Source of the DNA: an uncultured Acidimicrobiaceae bacterium
Lineage (GTDB): Bacteria > Actinomycetota > Acidimicrobiia > Acidimicrobiales > RAAP-2
Direction of reading: 5' to 3'
DNA: 64,000 nt
NCBI GenBank assembly: GCA_963770645.1
Contig: CAVYQL010000002.1
Span: forward strand, 146,586-210,585
In this document: piece after piece, positions 40,343-49,012 of the stretch
Layout of the letters: each line of letters opens with the position of its first letter
Numbering within the stretch: the stretch's first letter is position 1
Program-made: the position numbers and the translations under genes
The notes under the pieces: generated by a model
What the model saw: the letters and a program-made list of their open reading frames with translations, nothing else
The model's database searches: none
Told to the model about the DNA's origin: nothing

Positions 40343-41254
40343 TCAGCGCCGCACCGGCCGTCCGCGCTCGAGCGGCCCTGGCGTCTGCGGCGGGGACGTG
40401 CCGAAGGGGAACACGTCATCGAGGGTGCGCGGGTACAGACTCGGGTCGCCGGGTTTGATGCCGGCCGCCCGCAGCACCTCGTCGGCGGCCGCTTCGCGGG
40501 CTGGGCCATCGAGGCCGCCGGCACCGACGGCGCCATCAGTGCCGTCAGAGCGGTCAGGGCGGTCAGGGCGGTCAGGGTGGTCAGGGCGGTCAGGGTGACG
40601 GCCCGGGCCCGAAGCGGCGCGGTCGTGCTCGGCGCGTCGGATGAGCTCGGCCAGCTGGCCCACGTGATTGGCCACGCCCTGCCCGACTTTGCTGCCCGTC
40701 GACCCGTCGACGAGGACGAAGAAGGGAGAGCCGGGGACCTGGTAGTCGACCCAGGCCTCGGTCGACATGACGACAGGGATACGCCCGCTGGCCTGCGCCC
40801 GCACCTCGGAGGGGACTTCGCGGTCGGGTCCCTTGGTGACGATGACGGCGCGGCTGTGCCCGGGCAGATCGAGCACGCCGGGTTGCTGGAGCGCGTGCCA
40901 GAAGCCCGCGCACGAGGCGCAGCCCGAGGAGAGGAAGGCCAAGAGCGTGAGGCCGTCGCTGTTGGTGACCGAGATGGCCCGGGCGTCCCCGGTCGGGGTC
41001 ACGCCGGCCACCGTCGGCGCGGGGCCGAGCGGCGGGCTGCCCGCCGGTGGGACCAGCGAGACCGGTGGCGCCACCGCGACCGCCGCGGCCCGGCTGGCCG
41101 TGGCGACCGTCCCCTCGTCCAGGGCGGGGTCGCCCACACCCGCGCCCAGCTCGTGCAGCGAACGGAGGATGTCGGCGTGGGACCGCAAGAGCCCGGCCAC
41201 CAGGATCCCGAGGACCAGCACCACGAACGTCGAGACCACGACCAGAGCAATCAC
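40343..41254 (-). CDS. membrane-anchored thioredoxin-fold protein, MauD/TlpA-like (CxxC)
   Basis: GTG 41254 preceded by AAGGAGG. N-terminal TM (VIALVVVSTFVVLVLGILVAGLL). Trx-like core with LAFLSSGCASCAGFW. Pro/Asp-rich repeat linker and C-terminal tail. Confidence 0.62.
   Translation of the reverse strand: MIALVVVSTFVVLVLGILVAGLLRSHADILRSLHELGAGVGDPALDEGTVATASRAAAVAVAPPVSLVPPAGSPPLGPAPTVAGVTPTGDARAISVTNSDGLTLLAFLSSGCASCAGFWHALQQPGVLDLPGHSRAVIVTKGPDREVPSEVRAQASGRIPVVMSTEAWVDYQVPGSPFFVLVDGSTGSKVGQGVANHVGQLAELIRRAEHDRAASGPGRHPDRPDHPDRPDRPDRSDGTDGAVGAGGLDGPAREAAADEVLRAAGIKPGDPSLYPRTLDDVFPFGTSPPQTPGPLERGRPVRR
40544..40597 (-). repeat. 6 x 9-bp in-frame tandem repeat (PDR/HPD units) in the MauD-like gene
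   Basis: gtcagagcg gtcagggcg gtcagggcg gtcagggtg gtcagggcg gtcagggtg on the plus strand. Confidence 0.9.
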
Positions 41255-41369
41255 GCCGCCTCCTTTACCCCGTTTGGGTCCAGTATCCACCCGCGTGGTG
41301 GCTGCCGCGCAACGCCCGAAGACGAGGCACGGTCGGCGCGCCCGTCGATCCTCGGGCATACTCCGGAGC

Positions 41370-42557
41370 GTGGTGGTAGCTGAAGATCTCTTCCTCCCCG
41401 ACCCCGAGCCCCGGTCGGTGCGCTACACGGTGATCTCGGTGGACGACCACGTCGTGGAGCCGGCCCACACCTTCGAGGGGCGCCTCCCGGCCTCCCTCGC
41501 ACCGAGGGCGCCGCGCATCGTCGAGACCGACCTCGGGCACCAGGTCTGGGAGTTCGAGGGTGAGCGGTACACCCAGGTCGGGATGAACGCCGTGGCCGGC
41601 CGGCGGCCCGAGACCTACGGCCTCGAGCCCTTCCGTTTCGACCAGATGCGGCCCGGCTGCTACGACGTCGAGGCCCGGGTGCGTGACATGGACATCAACG
41701 GCGTCTGGGCGTCGGTCAACTTCCCGTCGCAGATCACCGGCTTCTGCGGTCGTGTCTTCTTCTCGAGCCCTGACCGCGACCTGGGTCTGGCCTGCGTGCG
41801 CGCCTGGAACGACTGGCTCTTCGAAGAGTGGTACACCCGCTACCCCGAGCGGATCGTGCCGCTCGGGATCACCTATCTGGCCGAACCCGAACTGGCGGTG
41901 GCGGAGATCGAGCGCAACGCCGCCCGCGGCTTCACCTCGGTCACCTTCCCCGAGCGCCCGCACGCCATCGGACTCCCCTCGTTGTGGGACCGTTCGCACT
42001 GGGACCCGATCATGGACGCCGTCGTCGCGACCGACAGCGTCGTCTCGCTCCACGTCGGCAGCTCGGGCATGGAGATCGGGCCGCCCGACGGCGCGCCGCT
42101 CCAGATCGGCGCCACCCTGTTCGGCCAACTGTCGCTCACCGCGTGCGCGGAGTGGCTGTGGTCCGAGCACGCCGTGCGCCGCCCTTCGTTGAAGGTGGCC
42201 ATGAGCGAGGGCGGCATCGGGTGGGTGGCCATGCTGCTCGACCGCCTCGAAAACATGGTGGACCGCTCGGGCTACGGGAAGGGGTGGGCGATGCGGCCGG
42301 CCGACGTCTTGAAGCGCAATTTCTGGTTCTGCACGCTCGACGATCCCTCGACCATCGACACCCGTCATGCCATCGGCGTCGAGAACATCATGGTCGAGGT
42401 CGACTATCCCCACGGTGACGGGACGTGGCCCGACACCCAGCAGGTGATCGAGGAGTGCTGGGGTCACATCCCCGACGACGAGTTGCGCGCCATGTGCTGT
42501 GAGAACGCGGCGGCGCTGTACCGTCACCCCCTGCCCGACCAGGTGCTACCCCGCTGA
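41370..42557 (+). CDS. amidohydrolase_2 (ACMSD-like) family metal-dependent hydrolase
   Basis: YTVISVDDHVVEP..., DMDINGVWASVNFPS, WNDWLFEEW, EVDYPHGDGTWP are typical of this family. GTG 41370. Upstream part of the track ORF is artefactual. Confidence 0.72.
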   Translation: MVVAEDLFLPDPEPRSVRYTVISVDDHVVEPAHTFEGRLPASLAPRAPRIVETDLGHQVWEFEGERYTQVGMNAVAGRRPETYGLEPFRFDQMRPGCYDVEARVRDMDINGVWASVNFPSQITGFCGRVFFSSPDRDLGLACVRAWNDWLFEEWYTRYPERIVPLGITYLAEPELAVAEIERNAARGFTSVTFPERPHAIGLPSLWDRSHWDPIMDAVVATDSVVSLHVGSSGMEIGPPDGAPLQIGATLFGQLSLTACAEWLWSEHAVRRPSLKVAMSEGGIGWVAMLLDRLENMVDRSGYGKGWAMRPADVLKRNFWFCTLDDPSTIDTRHAIGVENIMVEVDYPHGDGTWPDTQQVIEECWGHIPDDELRAMCCENAAALYRHPLPDQVLPR

Positions 42558-42596
42558 CCCGCTGATCCGCTGACCGACTCGAGAGGAGGACCGCGC

Positions 42597-43331
42597 ATGT
42601 TCACGCCGACGGCGGACAAGCTGATCCCCGACTTGACGCCGCGTGAGGAACTGGTCGTCCTCGCCCGCGCCCTGTGGCGCGAGGGCTACAACGACCACCT
42701 GGCCGGCCACATCACCGTGAACCAGGGCGACGGCACGCTGCTCTGTAACCCGTGGCTCCTGACCTGGGCCGAGCTGAGGCCCTCCCAGGTGCTGCGCATC
42801 GATCTCGAGGGCCGCGTGGTCGAGGGCGACTGGCCCGTCCCGCTGGGCATTCCGCTCCACCTCGAGCTGCACAAGATGCGCCACGACGTGAAGTGGGCGA
42901 TGCACAACCACCCGCTCTTCGGCACCGTGTGGGCCGACATCGCCGAACTGCCGCCGATCCTCGACCAGAGCTCGGCGCTGGGTGGCGGGACGCTCGCGCT
43001 GGTCGACGAGTACGAGGGCCCCGTCAACGACGCCGGCAGCGCCCGGCGCGCCGTGGAGCAGATGGGCGACGCGTCGATGGCGCTCTTGGCGGGCCACGGC
43101 GTGTTCGTGCTCGGCGGTTCGGCCCGGGCGGTCCATCAGCGCGCCGTGGCCCTCGAGCAACGGTGCCAGCACGCCTGGTACGCGCGCGCCGTCGGCGGCT
43201 CGGCAGTCTCACGGGTCCCCCAAACATTCATCGACCTCGTCTCGCGGGGGAACGGCGAGGGTTTCATCGGATTCTGGGAGGCAGCGGTCCGAAACGAGCT
43301 GGCCGCCGACCCCGACTTGCTCCAGCCCTAG
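42597..43331 (+). CDS. class II aldolase/adducin family protein
   Basis: GHITVN..., HLELHKMR.DV.WAMHNHP, LLAGHGVFVLG motifs. Confidence 0.8.
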   Translation: MFTPTADKLIPDLTPREELVVLARALWREGYNDHLAGHITVNQGDGTLLCNPWLLTWAELRPSQVLRIDLEGRVVEGDWPVPLGIPLHLELHKMRHDVKWAMHNHPLFGTVWADIAELPPILDQSSALGGGTLALVDEYEGPVNDAGSARRAVEQMGDASMALLAGHGVFVLGGSARAVHQRAVALEQRCQHAWYARAVGGSAVSRVPQTFIDLVSRGNGEGFIGFWEAAVRNELAADPDLLQP

Positions 43332-44404
43332 CGGCTGGCGGCGCCCGTCCCGAAGACCTCGCTCAGCTCGAACGGGACGGGCGTCTGGAGCTGGGCGTAG
43401 GTGCACGATGGCGGGTCGCGGTCGGGCCGCCAGCGCACGAACGAGGTGGCGTGGCGGAAGCGGTCGTGCTGGAGGTGGTCGTAGGAGACCTCGCACACCG
43501 CCTCGGGCCGGACCGCCTCCCAGGTCATGTCCTTGCCCGCGTTCCAGCGATTGGTGGCACCGGGCGCGCGGCCCTCGGCCTGTGCCTCTGCCCAGCCCGC
43601 CCACGGGTGTCCCTTCAGGGCATTCGTGCGATAGGGCGCGAGCTCGTCGGTGAGCTCGCGCCGCCGGGCCACACTGAACCCCGACGCCACTCCGACATGG
43701 TGCAGGGTCCCTGAGGAGTCAAAGAGGCCGAGCAGCAAGGAACCGACGCCGGCACCGTCTTTGTGCGTGCGGAAGCCGGCCACCACACAGTCGGCCGTGC
43801 GCTGGTGCTTGACCTTGAGCATGGCGCGCTTGTCGGGCAGGTAGGCGAGGTCGGCCCCCTTGGCCACCACGCCGTCGAGGCCGGCGCCCTCGAAGCGGGC
43901 GAACCAGTCGGCTGCCACGTCGGGGTCCCGGGTCGCCGGGGTGAGGTGCACCGGCGCGCGCACCTTCTTGAGAAGCTTCTCGAGCGTGGCGCGGCGCCGG
44001 GCGTACGGGGTCTCGAGGAACGAGGTGTCGTCGTGCGCCAGCAGGTCGAAGGCCACGAAGGATGCCGGGGTCGACTCGGCCAGCTGGCGGATGCGCGTCG
44101 CCGCCGGATGGATGCGCTGGGAGAGGGCGTCGAAGTCGAGCCCGTTGGGGCCGGCGACCACGATCTCGCCGTCGAGCACGCAGCGGGCCGGGAGCTCGCG
44201 CACCAGGGCGGCAACGAGCTCGGGGAAGTAGCGCGTGAGCGGCTTCTCGTTGCGGCTCCCGAGCTCGACGTCGTCGCCGTCGCGGAAGACGATGCAGCGG
44301 AAGCCGTCCCACTTGGGCTCGTAGAAGAGCCCGTCGTCGCGCGGCAGGTCGCGGGTGAGCTTGGCCAGCATGGGCGCCACCGGCGGGCGGACGGGCAGGT
44401 TCAT
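43328..44404 (-). CDS. ligC: ATP-dependent DNA ligase (LigC-type, adenylation + OB domains only)
   Basis: MLAKL...YEPKWDGFRCIVF (KxDG adenylation Lys), LDGEIVV, DGVVAK, LKVKH. ATGA overlap with the upstream PHP gene. Confidence 0.85.
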   Translation of the reverse strand: MNLPVRPPVAPMLAKLTRDLPRDDGLFYEPKWDGFRCIVFRDGDDVELGSRNEKPLTRYFPELVAALVRELPARCVLDGEIVVAGPNGLDFDALSQRIHPAATRIRQLAESTPASFVAFDLLAHDDTSFLETPYARRRATLEKLLKKVRAPVHLTPATRDPDVAADWFARFEGAGLDGVVAKGADLAYLPDKRAMLKVKHQRTADCVVAGFRTHKDGAGVGSLLLGLFDSSGTLHHVGVASGFSVARRRELTDELAPYRTNALKGHPWAGWAEAQAEGRAPGATNRWNAGKDMTWEAVRPEAVCEVSYDHLQHDRFRHATSFVRWRPDRDPPSCTYAQLQTPVPFELSEVFGTGAASR

Positions 44405-45426
44405 GACGACGCCCCGTGCTCGCCGGCCCAGGCCACGAGCTCGTCGGCTGTGCCGCGGTTGACCACACGCTCGGAGGGGACGCCCGCGGCAACGGCATTG
44501 CGGCAGCCGCGGCCGAGCCATTCGAGCTGTCCGGGGGCGTGCGCGTCGGTGTCGATGGCGAAGGAGCAGCCGAGCTCGACGGCCTGGCGCAGGAGGTCTT
44601 CGGGGGGATCCTGGCGTTCGGGGCGCGAGTTGATCTCGACAGCCGTGCCGGTACGCGCACAGGCCGTGAACACCGCGTCGGCGTCGAAGGACGACTGCGG
44701 ACGGCCCCGGCCGGTGATCAGGCGGCCCGTGCAGTGGCCGAGGATGTCGCTGTGCGGGCTCTCGATGGCGGCCAGCATGCGCGCCGTCATCTGGGGCTCG
44801 TCCATGCGCAGCTTGGAGTGCACGCTGGCGACCACCACGTCGAGCTCTCCCAAGAGCTCGGGGTCGAGGTCGAGCGAGCCATCTTCCAAGATGTCGACTT
44901 CCATTCCGGTGAGGATGCGGAACGGGCCCAGTTGCGCGTTCAGCCCGCGAACCACGTCGAGCTGTTCGCGCATCCGCTCCTCGTTCAGACCGTGGGCCAC
45001 GGTGAGGCGCGCGCTGTGATCGGTCAGCACCAGGTACTCGCGGCCGAGGCCGCGGGCGGCTTCGGCCATCTCGAGGATGGGGCTCCCCCCGTCGGACCAG
45101 TCCGAGTGTGAGTGGCAGTCGCCGCGTAAGGACTCGAGGAGCGCCGCAGCCGGACCCTCGAGGACGAGGTCCTCGGGTTCCTCGTCCAGCTTGACCAGGT
45201 AGGCGGGGGTGTCACCGCGCAGGGCCTCGACAATCACCTGCGCCGTGGACTTGCCCACGCCCTCGATGCTCTGGAGCCGGCCCGCCGCGGCGAGCGACTC
45301 CAACTCCTCCCGCGGCACCGCTGCGATGGCACGGGCAGCATGGCGGAAGGCCCGCACCTTGTAGGTGTCGGCGCCACCGCGCTCCAGGCGGAACGCAACC
45401 TCGTTGAGCGCGTCGAGCGGTTCCAT
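44401..45426 (-). CDS. PolX-like HhH + PHP domain protein lacking a polymerase palm
   Basis: N-terminus YKVRAFRHAARAI...LQSIEGVGKSTAQVI (HhH). PHP motifs GDCHSHSDWSDG, VLTDHS, SVHS, GHCTGR, DTDAH. Confidence 0.8.
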   Translation of the reverse strand: MEPLDALNEVAFRLERGGADTYKVRAFRHAARAIAAVPREELESLAAAGRLQSIEGVGKSTAQVIVEALRGDTPAYLVKLDEEPEDLVLEGPAAALLESLRGDCHSHSDWSDGGSPILEMAEAARGLGREYLVLTDHSARLTVAHGLNEERMREQLDVVRGLNAQLGPFRILTGMEVDILEDGSLDLDPELLGELDVVVASVHSKLRMDEPQMTARMLAAIESPHSDILGHCTGRLITGRGRPQSSFDADAVFTACARTGTAVEINSRPERQDPPEDLLRQAVELGCSFAIDTDAHAPGQLEWLGRGCRNAVAAGVPSERVVNRGTADELVAWAGEHGASS

Positions 45427-45440
45427 CCCCACCCCGCGCA

Positions 45441-46451
45441 CTAGTCCTTCTTGGCGCGACTGGGTGCCACGCGGGTCGGCTCGTCGGGCATCTTGGGGTA
45501 CTGGGGTGGCCACGGCGCATCGTGCAGGCCGGCCTCGCGGTCCCGTGCCGCCAGCTCGAGCAGGGGCTCGAGTGACTGTGGCCGGGCCGCGATGTCGGCC
45601 CACGGGTCGCCCCGCCGCCGTACCAGTTCGGGCACCGTCGAGATGGTGAGATCGTCGGGGACGACGGACTCCACCTCGTCCCACGACAGCGGGGTCGAAA
45701 CCTGGCCGCCGGTGCGGGGCCGCGCGAACCAGGCACCGAAGACCGTCTTGTGCGGCGCGTTCTGGTTGAAGTCGACGAAGACCCTGCTCCCGCGCTCCTC
45801 CTTCCACCAGTTGGCCGTGACGTCGTCGGGAAACCGGCGCTCGAGCTCGCGGGCCAGCGCCAGCGCGCCGGCGCGGACCTGCACCGAGTCCCAGCGCGGT
45901 TCCAGCCGGAGATAGACGTGCAAGCCGTGGCTGCCCGTGGTCTTGGGGTAACCCCTGAGGCCGAGCTCTTCGAGGAAGTCACGACACCGCAGCGCGGCGA
46001 CGCGCACCTCGTCGAAGCCGATGCCCTTCGTCGGGTCCAGGTCGATGCGCAGCTCGTCGGCGTGCGCAGGGTCGGCGGCCAGGTACGGCCAGAGGTGGAG
46101 CCCGAGGCAGCCGACGTTCACCGCCCAGATGACGTGCGCAAGGTCGGCGACGACGAGCGCGTTGGAGGTCGTGCCGTTGGGCGTCGACACGATGGTGGAC
46201 TGCAGCCAGTCGGGTGCACCGGCCGGGATGCGCTTTTGGTAGAAGGACTTGCCTGTCGCGCCGTCGGGGAAGCGCTGCAACAGGGCAGGACGCCCGCCGG
46301 CGGTGTTGAGCAGGTGGTCGCCGATCTCGAGGTAATAGGAGACGAGGTCGGACTTGGTCGCGCCGAGGCCGGGGAAGTACACCTTGTCGGGCCGGGAGAT
46401 ACGGAGCTCGTGGCCGTCGACCTCCACCAAGCGTTCGTCGTCCCCTGGCAC
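45441..46451 (-). CDS. LigD-type primase-polymerase domain protein (PolDom / Prim-PolC-like)
   Basis: ISRPDKVYFP, LQRFPDG..GKSFYQK, RIDLDP, PKTTGSHGLHVY, VFVDFNQN motifs of the archaeo-eukaryotic primase fold. Start GTG 46451 uncertain. Confidence 0.8.
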   Translation of the reverse strand: MPGDDERLVEVDGHELRISRPDKVYFPGLGATKSDLVSYYLEIGDHLLNTAGGRPALLQRFPDGATGKSFYQKRIPAGAPDWLQSTIVSTPNGTTSNALVVADLAHVIWAVNVGCLGLHLWPYLAADPAHADELRIDLDPTKGIGFDEVRVAALRCRDFLEELGLRGYPKTTGSHGLHVYLRLEPRWDSVQVRAGALALARELERRFPDDVTANWWKEERGSRVFVDFNQNAPHKTVFGAWFARPRTGGQVSTPLSWDEVESVVPDDLTISTVPELVRRRGDPWADIAARPQSLEPLLELAARDREAGLHDAPWPPQYPKMPDEPTRVAPSRAKKD

Positions 46452-46494
46452 CGCCTGGACTCTAGTGACGGCCGCCTTCGCGGGCGCCGTCCGC

Positions 46495-46845
46495 TCAGGC
46501 GGGCTGGGTCTCCGCCTGGGTCCCGAGTGCGCGAGTCGGCGGTGCCACGACGCCGCGCTCGGCGAGCTCGCGCTCGAGCCGGGCCCGCTCGTGCACGGGG
46601 TTGGCGAACCGGTCCGGCGTCGCCGGGACCTCGAGGGCTTCACAGAGCCTGATGAGCGCCCCGTCGTAAGAAAGCTCCCGGGCCAGGGCTTCTGCGACAG
46701 GGGTTGCCCCGTTCGTCGCACCAAGCCTGGCCCGGGAGTGTACGAGGTCGGCCATCAACAGGTCGTGTGACCTGCGCCCTTCCTCACCTTTGCCAAGGGC
46801 CCGCGTCAGGAGGTCTATGTACATGACCACCTTGCGATCCTGCAC
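46495..46845 (-). CDS. hypothetical protein upstream of PolDom
   Basis: 116-aa ATG ORF with protein-like composition (K/D/E/Y/M present). Co-directional, 43 nt from the PolDom start. No family recognised. Confidence 0.4.
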   Translation of the reverse strand: MQDRKVVMYIDLLTRALGKGEEGRRSHDLLMADLVHSRARLGATNGATPVAEALARELSYDGALIRLCEALEVPATPDRFANPVHERARLERELAERGVVAPPTRALGTQAETQPA

Positions 46846-46939
46846 CTCGGTTGGCCGGGTCGCTAGGGCTGAACGACCCGTCTTGTGGGAAAAGGCCCAG
46901 CTGGCTGGGCCAGACCTCCAACCGATCCCGCAGGAGCGC

Positions 46940-47710
46940 TCAGACGAGCTCGCTCAGGCCCTCCCATCCGCGTGGCGGTGGGGCCAGACGCCAGAACTGC
47001 TCGGGCACACGACCCTCCAGGCGCGCCGTCAACGCGTGGTCGCGCTCGAGCGGGGGAATCTGTGACGTGTAGCACCAGATGGCCCGGCGCTTCCGGTCCT
47101 CGTCGGGTAGGTGCGGGACGATGGCGGGAGTGGGCCAAGGCTGGGAGCGCAGCAGCTTCGCCACGCGCCACGCCAGCATGCCGGGCAGGTGCTTGTACCC
47201 GTGGTCCTCGTAGCAGAACCACGTGCGCTCCGGCTGCGCCGACATGACCAGCAGGCACGCGTCGTGGACCATGACGTGGTCGGGGTTGGCCAGGCCCATG
47301 GGAAAGAACACCGCCGTCGGATTGAGCCGGGCGATGGTCTCGGCCAAGACAGGCGCGACCTCGCTCGGCTTCGGGCGGTCCTTCGGAGCCAGGTACTGGT
47401 GGTCGGAGAAGTCGAGCCATTCGTATGCCGAGTCCAAGACCGCCATGGCGGCGACATCCTCCTCGCGCCGCACCGCCACGACGTCGTCGCCGGCCTTGAA
47501 GCCGCCGAGCGCATCCCACTCCGACGGCTCGGCGGGATACGCCGGTGGCCGCCCGGCAAGCACCGTGACGACGGCCGTGTCGTCGTAGCTGGCGAGCAGG
47601 TGTCCGGCTCCCATGGCGGCGTCGTCGAAGTGCGGGGAGACGACGACGATTCGGGCGAAGGCGTCCGGCGCGACCTCACCCCAGGTCGGCTCTTCAAAGG
47701 TGTCAGGCAC
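46940..47710 (-). CDS. PIG-L (LmbE-like) family deacetylase
   Basis: VVVSPHFDDAAMGAGHLL (PHxDD motif), ..RREEDVAAM... GTG 47710, 8 nt after the MFS stop. Confidence 0.7.
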   Translation of the reverse strand: MPDTFEEPTWGEVAPDAFARIVVVSPHFDDAAMGAGHLLASYDDTAVVTVLAGRPPAYPAEPSEWDALGGFKAGDDVVAVRREEDVAAMAVLDSAYEWLDFSDHQYLAPKDRPKPSEVAPVLAETIARLNPTAVFFPMGLANPDHVMVHDACLLVMSAQPERTWFCYEDHGYKHLPGMLAWRVAKLLRSQPWPTPAIVPHLPDEDRKRRAIWCYTSQIPPLERDHALTARLEGRVPEQFWRLAPPPRGWEGLSELV

Positions 47711-47717
47711 GCACGGA

Positions 47718-48962
47718 TCATACGGGGACGTCGTCGATCTCACCGGCGACGTGGTGGCGGAAGGCGGGCAAGAGGGCAGCGATGACGGCGGCGCCCACGA
47801 TACAGGCAAGACCACCGGAGACCACGGAGAACTCCACGCTGGTCAACGTGGCCACGGTGCCCGACTCCATGTCACCGAGGCGCGGGCCACCCTGCACCAC
47901 CGCCATCTGGATGGACGACATCCTGCTCCGGAAGCGCTCGGGGATGGAGGTCTGCAGCATCGTGTTGCGCAGGACCGCCGAGATCACATCGGCCCACCCC
48001 GCGACGGCCAAGAGGACGAGGGCGACCCACAGGGTGTCGACCAGCCCGAAAAAGGCGATAGCGACCCCCCACACCGAGACCGCGAGAATGACGGCCCAGC
48101 CCTGGCGCCGCAGGTTGGCCACCCACCCGGTCGTTACGGCGCCGATGAGCGCGCCCACGCCCGGCGCGGCGTAGAGGAAGCCGAGCGTGATGGTCCCGCC
48201 GCCGAACACGGACTCCGCCATGGCGGGGAAGAGGGCGCGGGGCATGCCGAACACCATGGCGTTGACGTCGATCAGATAGACGCCCTGCAGGGCCTGGCGC
48301 GAGCGCACGTAACGCAAGCCCTCCAACGTGGACTGCCATGGTGAGAGCCTGTCGGCATGCTCGGAGGGCGGGATCGGCTTCAGCATGGCGGAGGCGACCA
48401 AGGCCACGACGAAGGAGCATGCATCGAGGGAATAGACAAGCGGGAGCCCGATGCCGAGCAGGACACCCGAGAGCGCCGGCCCGACCACGACGCCGACCTG
48501 GAAGATGACCTGGGTCATGGCGAGGGCGGCCGTGAGGTGCCGCCGCTCGACCATGCCCGGGACCGACGCCATGCGGGCGGTGTTGGAGAACCCCATCAAT
48601 CCGGCCGCCAGCGCGCTGACGATGTAGAGCGCGACCAAAGAGGGATGTGCGGCGGCCGCGTTGACTGCCATGGCGCCGCTGGTCAGCGTCAGCGCCACCG
48701 ACGTCCAGACCATGACGCGGCGACGGTCCGTCGAGTCGCCGATGGGGCCCGCCCACAGCGCACCGGCGACGAAGGGAATGAGCTGCGCCAGACTGATGGC
48801 GCCGACCTGCAGCGACGACCGGGTCATGGAGTAGACCTGGAAGGGGATGGCCACCACGGTCAGTTGATTCCCGAGAGTGGAGATGAGCTGGCCCACGAAG
48901 AGAAGCCGGAACTCGCGACTCTCGCGCAGCACGGCGGTGTCCACGAGGATCCGGCCGGGCAT
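47718..48962 (-). CDS. MFS transporter (EntS/MFS_3-like)
   Basis: 414 aa, 12 hydrophobic segments. FRLLFVGQLISTLGNQLTVVAIPFQVY N-terminus is typical of this subfamily. Confidence 0.8.
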   Translation of the reverse strand: MPGRILVDTAVLRESREFRLLFVGQLISTLGNQLTVVAIPFQVYSMTRSSLQVGAISLAQLIPFVAGALWAGPIGDSTDRRRVMVWTSVALTLTSGAMAVNAAAAHPSLVALYIVSALAAGLMGFSNTARMASVPGMVERRHLTAALAMTQVIFQVGVVVGPALSGVLLGIGLPLVYSLDACSFVVALVASAMLKPIPPSEHADRLSPWQSTLEGLRYVRSRQALQGVYLIDVNAMVFGMPRALFPAMAESVFGGGTITLGFLYAAPGVGALIGAVTTGWVANLRRQGWAVILAVSVWGVAIAFFGLVDTLWVALVLLAVAGWADVISAVLRNTMLQTSIPERFRSRMSSIQMAVVQGGPRLGDMESGTVATLTSVEFSVVSGGLACIVGAAVIAALLPAFRHHVAGEIDDVPV

Positions 48963-49012
48963 GGCAGCAGCCTACGGTTGACGCCGAGGGCCAGCCTCCT
49001 GCGGCAGGCCGT

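Noticed and set aside
37885-40597. Possible CRISPR array suggested by regular short and long repeats
   Set aside because: The repeats are directly adjacent with no spacers and are in frame within coding sequence. No cas genes are present.
39716-41383. 555-aa plus-strand ORF across the mau-like operon
   Set aside because: Antisense to three tightly coupled genes. The translation is Arg/Gly/Ala/Pro-rich with no domain.
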